From assembly GCA_053919585.1 (NCBI GenBank), contig CM132785.1: DNA of 64,000 nt, one strand, 5' to 3'. Origin of the DNA: Euprymna scolopes. Taxonomy: Eukaryota. The notes under the pieces are model-generated. The model was given only the letters and a program-made list of their open reading frames with translations. It was not told where the DNA came from and did not search any database. The number at the start of each line of letters is the position of its first letter. Positions within the stretch are counted from its first letter, which is position 1. The position numbers and the translations under genes are program-made. Positions 12,551-26,516 of the stretch are shown here, piece after piece.

Positions 12551-12614
<64 letters not shown>

Positions 12615-12879
12615 TGGGTGTTCGACATATAAGCATATACTCGCCCTTAAACAACCATTTTTGATATAATAGTGAAGATAAAGATAGTGATATAAAAACC
12701 CATCATATCACGCATAAGTTAATAAGTAAAAACATGTAATTTTTTAGAATACGTACAAAACAAGTATAAAGTGAGAGCGAAAAAACGCAGTCAATTTATA
12801 AAAAAAAAACATATCTTATAAATAAAAAATATCTCTCGACGGTTAGATAGTTTTAGATTACCAATTAATATAATTTATA

Positions 12880-15263
12880 TAAAAATGGATTACACGCATA
12901 ACCATTTTTCAAAATGTAACCTTCAAATCTGACCCAAGATCGCTATGGGCATGGAATATGTGCTTACATAAGCTCTCGCTTCCCATGTGGTACAATAAAT
13001 TGTCCATTATGTTCAAGTGCGTTGCACCTGCTCATACCACTTTGTTTATATTTGCCTTCTATCCTCCCCCTAAAATAGCGGAGTTATTATCTTTAATCGT
13101 ATATCTGAGAAAGTAGACCAGCTATCACTGTCAAATGTGATAAAGAACGCCAGTGTGTTGTATGCTCAGTCCGTCAAGTCTAAATTAGCCGTCAACGGAT
13201 TGGCTCCAACCAGTTTTAGAAAATAGCAAGCAAGGTTTTGAATAGAAGTGTGTGCTCTATCCCAACTTCCATCAATGGACATGAGATTATGTCAACTTCG
13301 TACAAAACCAAACTTTTTGCCAAGAAATTTGCAGCTAATTCTATCTCATGCGATAAGGAATGCCACTCCCTTGTATATCCTCTTCTGCGTGAAAGCACTC
13401 TATGCGGCATACAAATATTTGTGCGTGATCTTTACACACTAATAAAATCGTAAATGTCGATAAAGCAACTAGCCCTTACGACATTCCTAGTATAGTGATG
13501 ATAAAGCTCGAACCAGAAAAACCATCCATAATTATAAAGCGTACAAAGCTTGTTTTCAGCGGAATTGCTTTCCAAAATCTAAGCAAACCTTATCAGTATG
13601 TCCAGTTTTTAAATATAAAGTGATCAATCATCTCTCCCTCTTTTAATCAGTGCCCCATTTTTTTACACAGTGGTCACCACTTATCAAGGCCCGAAGGCAC
13701 TCAGGGATAAGGGTTATTGCAAGTACATTACGTTAGGGTGGAGATTTGATGAAGTGTTTACTTAAGGCGCGGTTCATTAGGAATTTGTTAACGTTGGACT
13801 TGAACACATCCAAGTTGTAGTCAGGTGGGAAGCAGGCAGAAGGAACAGAGTTCCACAGGCGTGCAGTTCTAAGTAAATTGCCATAAGTTAATTGCTAAAA
13901 TATGTGCTAAATAGAGAAATTTTCAACCACTTCAGCAAAAAAAAAAAAATTAAAATAATCAATATAATTCAATATTTTTTTTACGTTCCGCTAGATATTC
14001 AGCAGATCTGTAAACAGTAATATCTCATAGAATTAGCACATCTCCTGGCGGGGGCCCCCCTTTCTAGAGCAATTGTCTTAACAGGATTAAGGCTTTTGAT
14101 AGTGTATAACATAAAGTAAAATCCACAAAATCATCAGGTACGGTATAGCTCGATATGTCTTTTTAGTTATAAAATAATTTCTCTCCGATAGATTCATAAG
14201 AGTGTTGTTTGATGGGCAGAAATAAAAGGCTTACAGTATTCATGCTTGAGTTTCTCAGGAGTCCATTCTGGCCACAACTCTCTTACTGATCTACATTAAT
14301 AATCTCTAAAATTAAATTTTAAGATTATCTGTACACATTTATGCTTACGATACTACCATCTTTGGAAACACATCAAAGGCCTTAAACGACCAAGTTCTTT
14401 TGTTCCTCTGACCTTGAGTACTGATGTAATGGGGAAAGAGATGGCTGATCAATTTTAATGCATTTAAAATCAAGCGTTTATCTTTACATAATCAACCCTC
14501 TTATCCTTGCCTGGAATTAATTGAAATGAATGCCTCTCGTCTTTGGTAGACAATCTTCTGGGTCGTAACGTTACACATGACCTGAGATAGAACAAATACA
14601 TAAACTCCGTTGTCAAGGCTGCTGGAAAAATGGCGGGATCGCTCTACCGTCCCAGTAGAATCTCGTTGCTGATGCAATTCACTAGATATATAAGAGCTAA
14701 ATAGTCTAAGTATGGAGGACGTTGCAAAATCTATACAGAAGCTGCCAGAAGCCACTCATACCATTTTGACAGTTCAAATTAGACTTTGTAAGCTAGTGGG
14801 GAATACCCTTTTCTCTTCCCTAAATCTCTTTCCCACATAAGCGTTTCTCTGCTTTATCGCTATTTTCATGGCAAATCCTCGTCTGAAATTAATTCTATGA
14901 CCCCCCCCCCCCGTTTTGGCTGACTTTCACTAAAAACACTTGTGTAGCTTAAATCATTATCAATAATTTCATCCACTATTTATGTGCTTTAACCTAAACG
15001 TAGTTTCCATGAGTAAAACTCTTTCTTATAACTGCACGTCTGTGTAACTCTGTTTCGTTTTCCTTCTTTTCAACTTATTACAATATGAACATCTTAAAGT
15101 CCAAAGTGAACAAGTTCTTAATGAGTCGTCCAAATTAAGTAATACAATTTAATGAATTTTCTACTATTACTACAATATGTTCTTATTGACTACGGTATAC
15201 TCATTATCAATTATACTGGTGTGGCCTCCGGACCTTGAACAATGGTGACTCTTATGGAAAAAA
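12880..15263 (+). mobile_element. Old decayed CR1/L2-group LINE (same family as 40815-44348), interrupted at 13658-13873
   Basis: Colinear with 41540-44340: GATCGCTATGGGCATGGAATATGTGC, NGHEIMS..KTKLFAKKFAANS, YINxL, YAYDTTIFG and a similar 3' UTR with a short A tail. Confidence 0.85.
13658..13873 (-). mobile_element. 5'-truncated 216-bp 3' end of the same LINE family, inserted antisense
   Basis: Reverse complement closely matches 44120-44338, with the poly(A) tail seen as T7 at 13658. The host LINE sequence resumes after 13873. Confidence 0.9.
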
Positions 15264-16626
15264 TAGTGCCACCAGTTTCGATAATATTATATTGCCGTAA
15301 TTTTAAAAGATGGTGTAGTTTAATATTTACTTAAAGAGGAATATTGATTAATTTTGGTGTATGTTAGTATGTGAACGTATTGTTTCAATGTTTATCGAAC
15401 AGGTATGATACGAAACTCAATTCAGTATCAATGTTAAACTGCGTTAGTACTTGTCAGGGATCATAGATGTTGCCCAAATATGCTATTGCTGTTTATGTAT
15501 GAAACTACTAAACTCGTAATGTATATCCACTCTTATTAAAAAATAAAGGAGTGGATATTCAAACCTCTAAGAAATTTGCCAGATTATGTTTAAATAACAC
15601 TGAAAATATTTAACACGTCGTAATGAAAACAATTAAACGAACGGAAAATGAAAGATGTAGACGCATGCGCAGTGAAGTGAAAGCAAGGATGGGATTCTAA
15701 AGAATATGCCCCCGGGAAAAGTTATACTTTAACACTCTTCTCTGAAAATTATTCCTTAACTTTAAAAGACTGGGTAATGCTGAGAGTCAAGGGAGTTGGA
15801 TCATTCTTACGCTCTATATAATTACATTGTGAAATTTTGTAAATACGTTAAGGCAAAATAGATTTTTGCTATAAGGCGCGATGTTTTATTATTTAATACG
15901 ATAGAAAGTAAAAACGTATCTCATATCCATCGTGCATACATTTTTAATACCAAAATATGTATTAAAACTCGTTTTTGTAGTGGGCAGCATTTTTTATGTT
16001 CACTTTTGACCTGAAAGATATATTACTTTAAGATGGTTTATATAAGGTTTTAAAAACACATACAATACTCACAAGACGATTAGCGAAGTGTCCCCGTGTA
16101 ACATTCATTGACAAAAAAGGGAGGACTGGAAAACATTGAGGAAGATTCCCAGACATGTTAGAAATAAATTACACTTTATAACAAAAATAATTTTATTTCA
16201 GAACGAAGTGTTAGTTATATATACGATGTTAATTCAATGAATTTTAGAGTTAATATGTAAAAGCTACAATCAGGATCCTGTGTTTCATTTTCTATCTCCA
16301 GGAAAATAAAGACCCTTCAGTAGTTACTCATATTATGCGAGTGTCCGTAAGAATTGCATTTTCCCTCAAGGGTTCTCATCAAGCAACGGGAAGTATCTCG
16401 ACAAACACAAAGAATTGTCGATGGCTCAATGGGTTTCTATCACAATAAATATGAAAGCAAATTGCAATTGGATTAAATCTTTGGTAACGTTTACCTATAT
16501 CTACTTTATCCTTTCCTATTCATGCCTATACGCCCTGTGTATCTCTTTGAAACGCTTAGATATTTGCTATTTTTTTTCATTTTCTGATAATTTTTATGTG
16601 TATCCTCTTATTGCCGGTCTCTCAAA

Positions 16627-17040
16627 ATGCTGCGAAAGAGCGGATTGAAAGCTAGTGAAAAAAGAACGTGTTGTTGCAGGCTGTACAGAGGGGTTATCTC
16701 TCGTAGATATAGCCAATGAGCGTGGAGGAGATAGAAGAGCATTGTCTCTTTTCGTTAAAAAAATTAAACACTAAATGAAGGAAGGATAAAAACACAAGAA
16801 ATCAGTTTATGCTCGTGATTTTAGAAAAAAAATAGCCGTCAATTTATCAAGCAGCCGGGCAGCAACAATGCTGCTATATTTGAAAAGGGTGGGGTATATG
16901 ATTAGAAAAAAAAAGCAACATGCCGGTCTTATTAGCATCGCTCTTTGGGAAAGACGGAAAGGATGACCGGCGCATTTGTATACGCGAAGGGCATCTTGGG
17001 AAGGCAGAGCATGGTGGGAGGAGCTATTTTGTTCCGGTCT
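16627..17040 (+). mobile_element. Tc1-like transposase N-terminal remnant
   Basis: MLRKSGLKASEKERVVAGCTEGLSLVDIANERGGDRRALSLFV (paired-like HTH), then RKDK..RD.RK..PGSNNAAIFEKGGV and a degraded GGG-x-x-F/W motif; frameshifted. Confidence 0.65.
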
Positions 17041-17895
17041 CTTCCTTTTTTCAATATAGGAGGATATAAAATCTGGGAAAAATTCAAGGAGTATACAAAT
17101 TAAAAAATATATAGTTTGTCTTAGTAGATTTAAAATAAAAAAAAAATATTATTATAACTAGAACATTGATTTTTACATTCATTCTAACAAGTAAGCATTT
17201 GACTTACAAATTTGGAACGACTGATCAATCAATTAATCACTTGTTGCATCATATACATTTAATTTTTAAATCAATATTAGGGGGTCTGACTATGTAAATG
17301 CATTTTTAGTATTATGAATATTACAATTTATTTATTTAATTTATTTTTTATTGCATTTATTTTTTCGTACTAATCCATAAATTACCTTACTAAACAGTCA
17401 ACCGAACTACCTGAAAACGTTACAATTAAGCTAAGTAATATCATTATCCATTTCTATTCCCTATACAAATTTAATATTTAAATCTTCCTCCACTTCTAAT
17501 TGTGTAATATAGATGTACTCTCTTTTATTGTATTTATATTATTTTTTATATAATTTTTCATTTTATTTATTTTTTTTATTTTTTTCTCATCACACCACCT
17601 TAAAATAATGTGTAATATATCAACATACTTACCTTCGTTTTTCATATTAAATATAAATTTAGATATATATTGCCATTCTATATTCTAGCATTATCTAAAT
17701 TCATTAGGCCTATATAACAAGTTTTAAAGTGGTATTTATTTTGTTTATTTCCATTAGCCATTTATATTTATCCTCATATTGAAATTACTTTAAATTATGC
17801 TATTAAAGTAGTTATATGGACACATATATACATATGCATACATATACAAGTGTACATACATATGCACCCACATAAACACACACTATATATATATT

Positions 17896-17947
<52 letters not shown>

Positions 17948-18814
17948 TTTTCCAAATGTTTTATTTAAGCCAGTTGGTTAATTATTACTTCTTATTAACC
18001 CAGTTATAAATTACTATTATAGAATGTAATACTATTAATATTGTATCCTAACATGATCATAGTAAATAGTACAAACTAAACATCTATATCCTTCCATTTT
18101 TATCACTGATTACATTATTTTTATAATCGTTGTTATATTTAATGAAGATCTTATTGTTTACCTACTTTATTATTACTTTTAATTTATCATTTTCATTTTT
18201 ATTCTCAACATTATTTACATTTAAGTCACTATTAATCAAAATTAACTTACTAAGTTATTAATTCCATTTCAATTTAATTTTACTAATCTGGTTTTAATAA
18301 CGATAATACATATTTTAATTGATGCAAACAATTTTGAATTACTTCCTTACGTTTGTTAAGGTTTACTTTCGATATTACTGTATGATACGATTCAAGCTTT
18401 CAAAGGTTACACGGGCCCGACTTGTTTGGTAACAAGTCCGACTTAGTTTCTGCTGATAAGAATATGGACATGAAATATGAGCCTATTTAATTTTTTTTTA
18501 AAAATATTGAATTAAAGGCTCTATTAAAATTGAGTATTAGTTGAATATGGATGTCTATGCCTAGTGAAAAATTATTAAAGATAAGTAAAGTTTTTCAGAA
18601 GATTTGTTCCATGGGAGGTAACTCTTGCTGTACTGCATTAATTTAATTATGGATAATATAGGATAAACAAGAATTTTCATATTTTTAAACTTAACAAAGC
18701 GTAAGTATAGTTTTTGAATTGTATTATATTAAAAAGTATAAATGTGTATGATTGTAATAGCTAATATATTTGAATTATATATAGTATTTATTGAAATGTT
18801 ATGACACTTTAGGC

Positions 18815-19329
18815 TGTGATCATAGCGTACTATCTGTTAACTTTGGCAAGCGGGGTCAAGAGTCAAAACATCATTATTGTTATTGTATTCTAAATTGATT
18901 TAACCGACCGATGGTCGCTGGATCAGTTAGTGATTAGAAGAATAAACAATTAAATTGCGGAAGAAATGATTGACGTGTGAATCGCAAACGGAATGTGAAA
19001 AGAGAAAATATATGCAAACATTATTTTGGGGTTTTGAATAAATAAATAACTAGTTGTAGAGAAGGTTGGTTTGAGACACGTGATTAGGTGACGTAAGAGA
19101 ACACGTGATGTAGTTAGTTTGGAGAGATTCAGAGAGTTGAAGATTGACAACCAGAGCAGACAGACGTCTAGAAAGGGGTGGACAGACAGCTAGAAAGCGA
19201 GCTGTAAGAATAAAAATGTAGACAAATTGCAGATGTGAAAACCATTCAGGACAACTGTGAAAATAATTTAAGACAACTGTAATAAATTTGTATTATAAAA
19301 ATATAAAGAGCTGTTTTAATGGTTTCACA
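18815..19329 (+). mobile_element. Solo-LTR-like element
   Basis: TGTGA..TTCACA termini, AATAAA signals at about 19208 and 19281, and a purine-rich GAGAG..AGACAGACGTCTAGAA block resembling the reverse complement of 48720-48790. No TSD found. Confidence 0.4.
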
Positions 19330-19723
19330 AATAAGAATATATGTCTCAATTGGGTGGTGTTGACTGCTTCATGGTTCGTCACGGAGCAGCGGAAATATAC
19401 AGAAGAACTCTTCAAGAAAAAGGTATGAAGCATATATTATTCTTCTTACATATGAACTGTAAAAATATCCCGTGTGACAAATCTGATACAACATTATTCA
19501 GTTTACACCTAAATATTATGTCCCCTGGCTAAACAACAACATACGATTCATACGTTTATTATCTGTCTGTTAAAAGAACAATATCTTACATCCACTAGAT
19601 AACACAAGGCTGGTTTTAATATATCATCTCCTCCAATATAAACCTATATACATTATTTCGGATAAATTGTCTAGTTACGAGAACTGATTAAAATGATCAT
19701 TTTTTTTTTGCAGGTTAGTTTAG

Positions 19724-19779
<56 letters not shown>

Positions 19780-19949
19780 CATGTATGATAGGTTATAATT
19801 GTGTTTATCATTTTCATAAGTATCTATACATAACTTAGAATTTAAAAAAAAATAAGTATATTGTTAATTGTTAAATCTTGTTTATATCAGAAAGTGTCAA
19901 TTGCCCATTATTTGGAAAGCTTGATGTTAAATAATGTCAGTTAAATGAA

Positions 19950-20758
19950 TGCACAATGCAAGTAAAATTATATTGTTTAAAAATGGTTAGATTAGAATTG
20001 AGGGTTCTTTTGTTTGTCAAAAATGTGTTGGCAAAAAAAAATGTAAAGCCATGTGGAAATTAGTCGTGCTTGAAATTACTTCAGACGTCATTAACAAAAG
20101 GCCACTCAATATAAGATTCTATGGGTTCGGATTTAGTCAATCAGTTGATGAGACATAGTCAATTGGATAGATCTCTGAGAAGCGAATGGTAGAGTAGTTG
20201 CCCATGTAGACCCAATTTTGAATTCCTGACGTCATCTACCGGCCGATCAGATCAATAAAGACATCAGCATTTATGTTGTATCTGTTTTCTTATGTCATCT
20301 TTCATCACGAACGAAAGGTAATTGTGTTGTTCATATTATAATGACCATTTTGTAAACCCTTCACAGATTGTGTCCTCCCCTCCTGTTAAGAACTGCATCA
20401 TATATCACTCAGTCCGTATTAATGACACCTCCCAAGAATTGCCAAAGTCGTCGTCGTGATGTCTTCTCTCCCTCATCATCACTATCGTTATGCCCCCAAT
20501 ATGAACTCCCGTCATCTTAAAATATGAAACCACTACTACACAACACATTAAATGGAACCGTCCAATAGATACAAAACTTGAGATTTAATGATTTCAGCGT
20601 CTCCCGCCTCATTCAACCGCATATAACAACGTTGCATTCAGGAGTTCAACGACTGCGTCTAAACCACTCTCAGAGTTCAGACATGCTTGTATCGAAAAGG
20701 AGCAATAAAATTAATAAATAAGTAAATACATATATACGATAATACATATATACGATAC

Positions 20759-20828
<70 letters not shown>

Positions 20829-21200
20829 AATAAAAATATGAAGAATGGGCATCTAAAATAATTTAATATTTTGCAAAAATGCATTTTAACGCACGTTTGC
20901 CATGATCCTCTATCGTCTTTTCTCCTTGACTGGTAGGTTCGTCGAACACCTTCACTAAAAATGCAATACCAATTTACTATATAATGAGCACATTTATTTA
21001 AACGTTGATCATATTTCTCGGTGGAAATTCTTGGTTGTTTCATCCCACCCACTGTCCCAAGTGCTTAGATATCCTCGGCGTTTTAATAACAGTGCTGTAC
21101 TGCTGCACATGAGACATTAGATAAGTAGCACACCCCATTTTATTCCGGCGAGTATTATTTATTTTAGGTAATATAAATTTTCATTCCACAGATGCATAGA
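19950..21200 (-). mobile_element. Possible piggyBac-like transposase relic split by a (TA)n expansion
   Basis: Minus strand has weak matches to the PGBD C-terminal DDE region (W..LLNATLLY) followed by an acidic, then basic/Cys-like tail. Very degraded. Confidence 0.25.
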
Positions 21201-21539
21201 AATATAATAAGTATTATAGTAAATACTCATGATCCGTTTTTTGCCTGTCGTTTTCCAATTTTTCATGTTTGATCTGTCATCCGACATCCTGTTCGGTGTA
21301 CATGGAGAGCATTTTCTTGTATTTTAAGTTTGATGAATTCTGGATTGCTGGCTCGACCAGTTCATTTGGTATTTCCTACGTCTCTTGTCTTTCTAGATAT
21401 CGCTGATCTCTTCTTAATCACCATCCAAGCTGAAATCAACGGACTAGCGTTGTCTCTATAGAATAATGTTATACATATATTGCCGTTCAGCCCAGCGCTT
21501 TGTACTGTTCATAATAAAGTGCATATGCACATATATATT

Positions 21540-21654
21540 TAACAGTTTGACTCCTGCCCAGGTAACCTACGTGTCAAAATTTCAAGTTTCAGATCCATAA
21601 TAAGCTTAGGAGTAAGTAAGGAGGAGTTCATAAATTTATTTGCACACACACACA

Positions 21655-21706
<52 letters not shown>

Positions 21707-22402
21707 TTAAATAGTTTGACTCATGTCTAGGTAACCTCCATCTAAAATTTCAAGTGTTAAGAGCCAGAATTAGCGGAGGAGTAAGGTAGAGTCTGCAATG
21801 GACAACTGTTCCAACTTTGACTTTTTGGCAGCCACATTTTCGCCGAAAACCTGAATGCTCTTTATGTAAAACTTTAAACGTTTAGACGCAACATTTGCTG
21901 AATAGTTTGCTAGATACCCCAAAGATTAATCGTTTGAACTTTGACCACTTTGGCCGCTAAACTCTCGGCCAAAAACCAATTAAAAGCTTGCCTTACATGT
22001 GGATTCACTTCACGTAGAATGTTAAATGTGTAGATCAAAAATAGACCGAGTAACCGAAGAGGTCATTTTTTTAAAAACTTTGACCCCGATTTTGATCCCT
22101 GACTAAAACCCACGTTAAAAAGCTTGACCCCTGTCCAATTAACCTACATGTAAAATCTCAAGTGTTTAGACCCAAAATTGGCGGAGGACTGTGGTAGTTT
22201 TTAAAAGTAAAATTATTGATTTGTTTCTTCTTGACAGCCAAATTTCTGACTAAAAACCGATTTAAATGATTTTTCCAAATCTTAACACCGCTTATGTTAA
22301 ATCTCGAGTCTATAGACTGCAAATTTACAGTAATTTGGTAGGGAAATGTACAACACATACACGCATGCAGACCGACAGTTTCACTTTTATAGCTGTATAG
22401 AT
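21540..22402 (+). mobile_element. Helentron/HINE-like repeat with internally reiterated core
   Basis: Repeated AGTTTGACTC.TG.C.AGGTAACCT..AAAATTTCAAGT blocks (21544, 21713, 22122), core to GGAAATGTACA at about 22350, and tail CACTTTTATAGCTGTATAGAT. Confidence 0.7.
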
Positions 22403-22989
22403 AACAAGCACATCTGTGTAATCTTTTTCTCTCGTGCTATGTATATTAGTATAGTTTGGGATCATTTCTACGGGATATTTCGCTTCATATCCGTTGGTTT
22501 ACATACACTCACACAATAATATTTCTATATGCTTTATCAATATATCAATCTTTATATAATACATCTGATTTAATCAACAGTTGTCTCATAAAATTTGTTG
22601 TTTTAGTATATTGTACCACAATATATTCGCTAAAGTATCTTGAGTATTGTAATTATATTATTTTATTCGACTTAAATAGATTCAGGTCAAAGCAATTAAC
22701 CATTAACTTACATAGTTCCCCGTTTCCGAATAAGTTTTCATCTGTCAGAGATTACGATTAGTTATATAGCATTTATCCTTATTTCTAATATGTATATGAA
22801 TTTCTCGAACAACTCAACTATGAAAATAAAAATTTAAAAAAATACATGAATTTAAACGTTCTATTTTAAGCATTAGTGCTAGAACTTGTAATTTTATGTT
22901 CCACGTAACATGGGAAAGTAAATAAAGAGGCAGATAAGGTCGTTAGATATAGCAGACCAAGATAACAATGTTTTCTATTGTATATTTAC

Positions 22990-23243
22990 CTGCATTTTAA
23001 TTTCCCTGTCATTTCCATAGTAAAATTCTAACGCAAAATAAACAAACAATAATCAACGATACCGGTTCTTGTCTCTCTGTATATGTAAGGAACTTTACAT
23101 TTACAGAAGTAGAACCAACACGTTGTAGCAGATTACGTCGCAATGAACATAGGACAAGTAATAACTCGGCTTCATTTTTTCTTTGTAAGAACGGCATTTT
23201 TCATTCTTCAGACGGGCATGTCTCATTACGGCCGTGACGTCAC
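22990..23243 (-). promoter_or_regulatory. Candidate promoter and first exon of a minus-strand host gene
   Basis: Perfect CRE/ATF palindrome GTGACGTCAC (23234-23243) in CpG-retaining unique sequence. Minus-strand donor CAG|GTAAAT at 22990/22989 is preceded by ATGs (MEMTGKLKC.. or MQ). Confidence 0.35.
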
Positions 23244-24594
23244 TTTCGTAGCTAACGTTATTATCCCTATAATTGACGCTCTCTCTTTTTTATAATATTG
23301 TTTCTCACTGGTGTACTTCATTCCAGCTAACTCCATCGCTCTTTCTCCCATATGCGATGTAAATCTATATAGCTCATCTAAAATCTAAATACCTTCTATA
23401 TATTTTGTTTTTATCGGTGAGAAGTAATGTCAAACTTACCGCTCACAATTGAACACTATATATTACATGAAAACTCATGCATATAGATATATATTCTTGC
23501 TTTAGTGTTTCCTAACTGTACACAGTTTATTTTTTCTTTCTATCAGTTCGTTTATTTAACTTAACGAGTATGTTTTCGATTGCGCATATGGTAGAATGCA
23601 TGCGCGATATATATGCATTAGCTTTAATCGACTCCAAAGACAAAAAGTAGATGCTAAAATTAAACATCTCTAAAGAAATAACGCTTTTCTTCTTTCTTGA
23701 AATTGTTTTTTTTTCTCTTCCCCGACGTCAAATTCTCTAATTACAACTCGATTATCTCATGCCGACGTGTGATCGTCCTACGACGTTTGCCATGCACGAA
23801 ATTCAGTGTGAAACGAAACGTGCAATCAATTATCGCTTTTTCCCATTCAATTACGACAAAGTTTTCTTTGCGCAAATCAAGCGATGCTTTTAAAATTAAA
23901 ATATCTAAGCCAGGCGTAATTGACCAACGCAAAGGCCTGGCACAACACAGACTTTTAATTTACGAGAAGCGAAAATAACAAAAGAAATAATCAAGATTTT
24001 TTCCAATTTGGTCTTTCCGTCATGAAGAACAACTCGCTGATTGTAAAAAAAAAAAATAAAGTTTACTTGATTCGGGCAAGTTCTAAATCGAGTGAAACTC
24101 GGAATGAAATAAAACGAATTTTAATGAGTTGATTAATCCGCTAAATTTGTTAAAACATGATTTACAAAGATCAGCCTACTTTAGAATTTGACAAAATCCA
24201 TGAATAATTAGAATAGCGAGTTATTTATAAACCAGTCGGATATTCTTTTCATTTCTATGACCTATCACTTATTATATTAATTGCTTATTAAAAAAAAACA
24301 TAGTTCTGTAAATTAACCTGTAGTCATTTTCTTGTATAGTACACTTTAATTACTTTTAAAGTAATGACAATATAAAATGTTATATAATATGTCCTTACAT
24401 AATATTTTGCACTGTTTTGTCACTTCAATAAAATTAGAACATTTGTAGTCATAGAAAAACTACACACTGTCATAAATTTTCTAAAAATAAAAACATCATT
24501 TTTGTCTACCAATAATTATTATGGTGCCTTTTTTTAACTTAGAGAATATTCCCAGTATGATATGTTTTATCAGCTCTTTTTTTTTCATTTTCAG

Positions 24595-24619
24595 AACAAA
24601 ACATACAATACAAATAAAA
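24595..24619 (+). other. Candidate 25-nt micro-exon of a plus-strand transcript
   Basis: Strong acceptor TTTTTTTTTCATTTTCAG and donor GTGAGT flank 25 nt, downstream of the CpG-rich 23580-24030 region. Confidence 0.3.
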
Positions 24620-25167
24620 GTGAGTTACTCAACTTCTTTGGGGATATAAACATGGCAATTCCGATTATCTCGTTTTAAAATTAGGTTGATTTTATTAAAT
24701 ATATTGTATCCAATATATTGTTAATATAAAATATTATCACTAATGTAATTCTTATTTAGACATTCAAAGTGCATATCTATATTAGTGTAAATTTACATGC
24801 GTGTTTTCCCAATCATATTAAAAACGTTTTATTCTACATATTTTTTTTATATGAAGAAATACAAGATTAATATAATTTTAAGTATATTTAATCTAATAGT
24901 TTTACATTATTGCACTATATATTATGAATTTTCTTTATGGTATTACATCGTGGTTTAACAGAAAGTTGAATTATACATTTATCTATATTTCAAAGGAATT
25001 CAGCTTGAGTTTATGTAAAAGGTGATTATCAATTTCGCACAATTATTGAGAATATGAGAAAAATCATATTATAGAAAAATTGTAGCTTGTATGTTATGAT
25101 ATAATTTTTGGCTGATAAAATATACAATTTTATCGAAAGTTTTAGTTCATATTTTCATAAAATATTT

Positions 25168-25218
<51 letters not shown>

Positions 25219-26083
25219 CGACATAGTAGATACTATATTTTCTAAATATTTGATATTTGTTATGTACTGTAATCCTAAAGGGGAAATAAATCTGTATGAC
25301 CACTTTAACTGCGGCCTATACAAAGACTAAATGGCATATAAAGCAGATTATTTGTTACGATTATCCAAAAAAAATGAATACATTTAGGAGATAGTAATTA
25401 ATATTATGGAGTTTTGTATAAATCTTTGTATCAATTTGCATATAATAATAAAACTGTGGTATGACCAAATGTTTAATCAATGGGTATAAAAGAAAAACTA
25501 TTTTAAAGAAGCACCGAATTCAGATTGAGACCAGCCTTTACGTGTGTGTATCCTTCTGTCCGTATGGATGTGAAATTAAATAAGCTATGTATTATGGAAT
25601 TTTGAGCATCGCGTCATTATGACTTAAATATTGTTGAATATACTTTTATAAGAGAATACTACCATCGGAGAGAAAACCCTAAGATATTATTAAATATATT
25701 TGTATTTAAGGTAAATATTAACACTAAATCTGATATAGAAATTATCTTTGTTGCTCAAATTTTAATTTACTTGATTAATTTAAAGTATTTGAGGTAGCAT
25801 GATATCAGCAGAATTTTGATTTATTTAAATATTTCGGATACACATCAGATTGGTTCAATAGAAATGTGCATGCAATATGGTCGTGAATCCCTGAATTTAA
25901 TGTTTTCTGAAGTGCTCCGAGCTTAGATGTTTGCGATTTTCTTAGAATAAAATCATGTATTTTTATGAGTAGAATAAAAATTAATAGAATAACTTATTCA
26001 TATATTTTTTTAATAAGACATGTAATTAATTTTTACACGTACGGAAAGAGTATTGTTTTCTCAAGAATACACACACACACACA

Positions 26084-26123
<40 letters not shown>

Positions 26124-26459
26124 CATTTAACCAATGACAAAAAAATGACGCGTGTGCCAAAATCGAGCATCGAAAACAAAACGTTCAGCTTAAAATGTAT
26201 TTATCCTTTGCGGTTAATACCTTACCTATGCAGACATGTTTGTTCTAAGGTTAAACAAATTAAAACATCCAATATCTACTATGTTAGGCATGCATATTAA
26301 TAATGCTGTCGTTGACCGTTACTTGACAAATATAATTTTCAATTTTGTACCGCTTTTCCCTGGCTAAAATCCAAATATTAAGTTTCGCATGGTTTGTAAT
26401 ACCCTATTTATTAAGCTTCATAAATGCATTCCAAAAATTAGTTTTGTTTGCAATTTTTA

Positions 26460-26516
<57 letters not shown>

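Noticed and set aside
12400-12654. ORFs with IYIYIY runs (also 20670-21052, 25965-26554, 48362-48625, 57948-58160)
   Set aside because: These are translations of (TA)n microsatellites.
17100-18800. Mitochondrial insertion (NUMT)
   Set aside because: No recognisable mitochondrial tRNA, rRNA or protein motif in correct spacing; only the base composition is suggestive.
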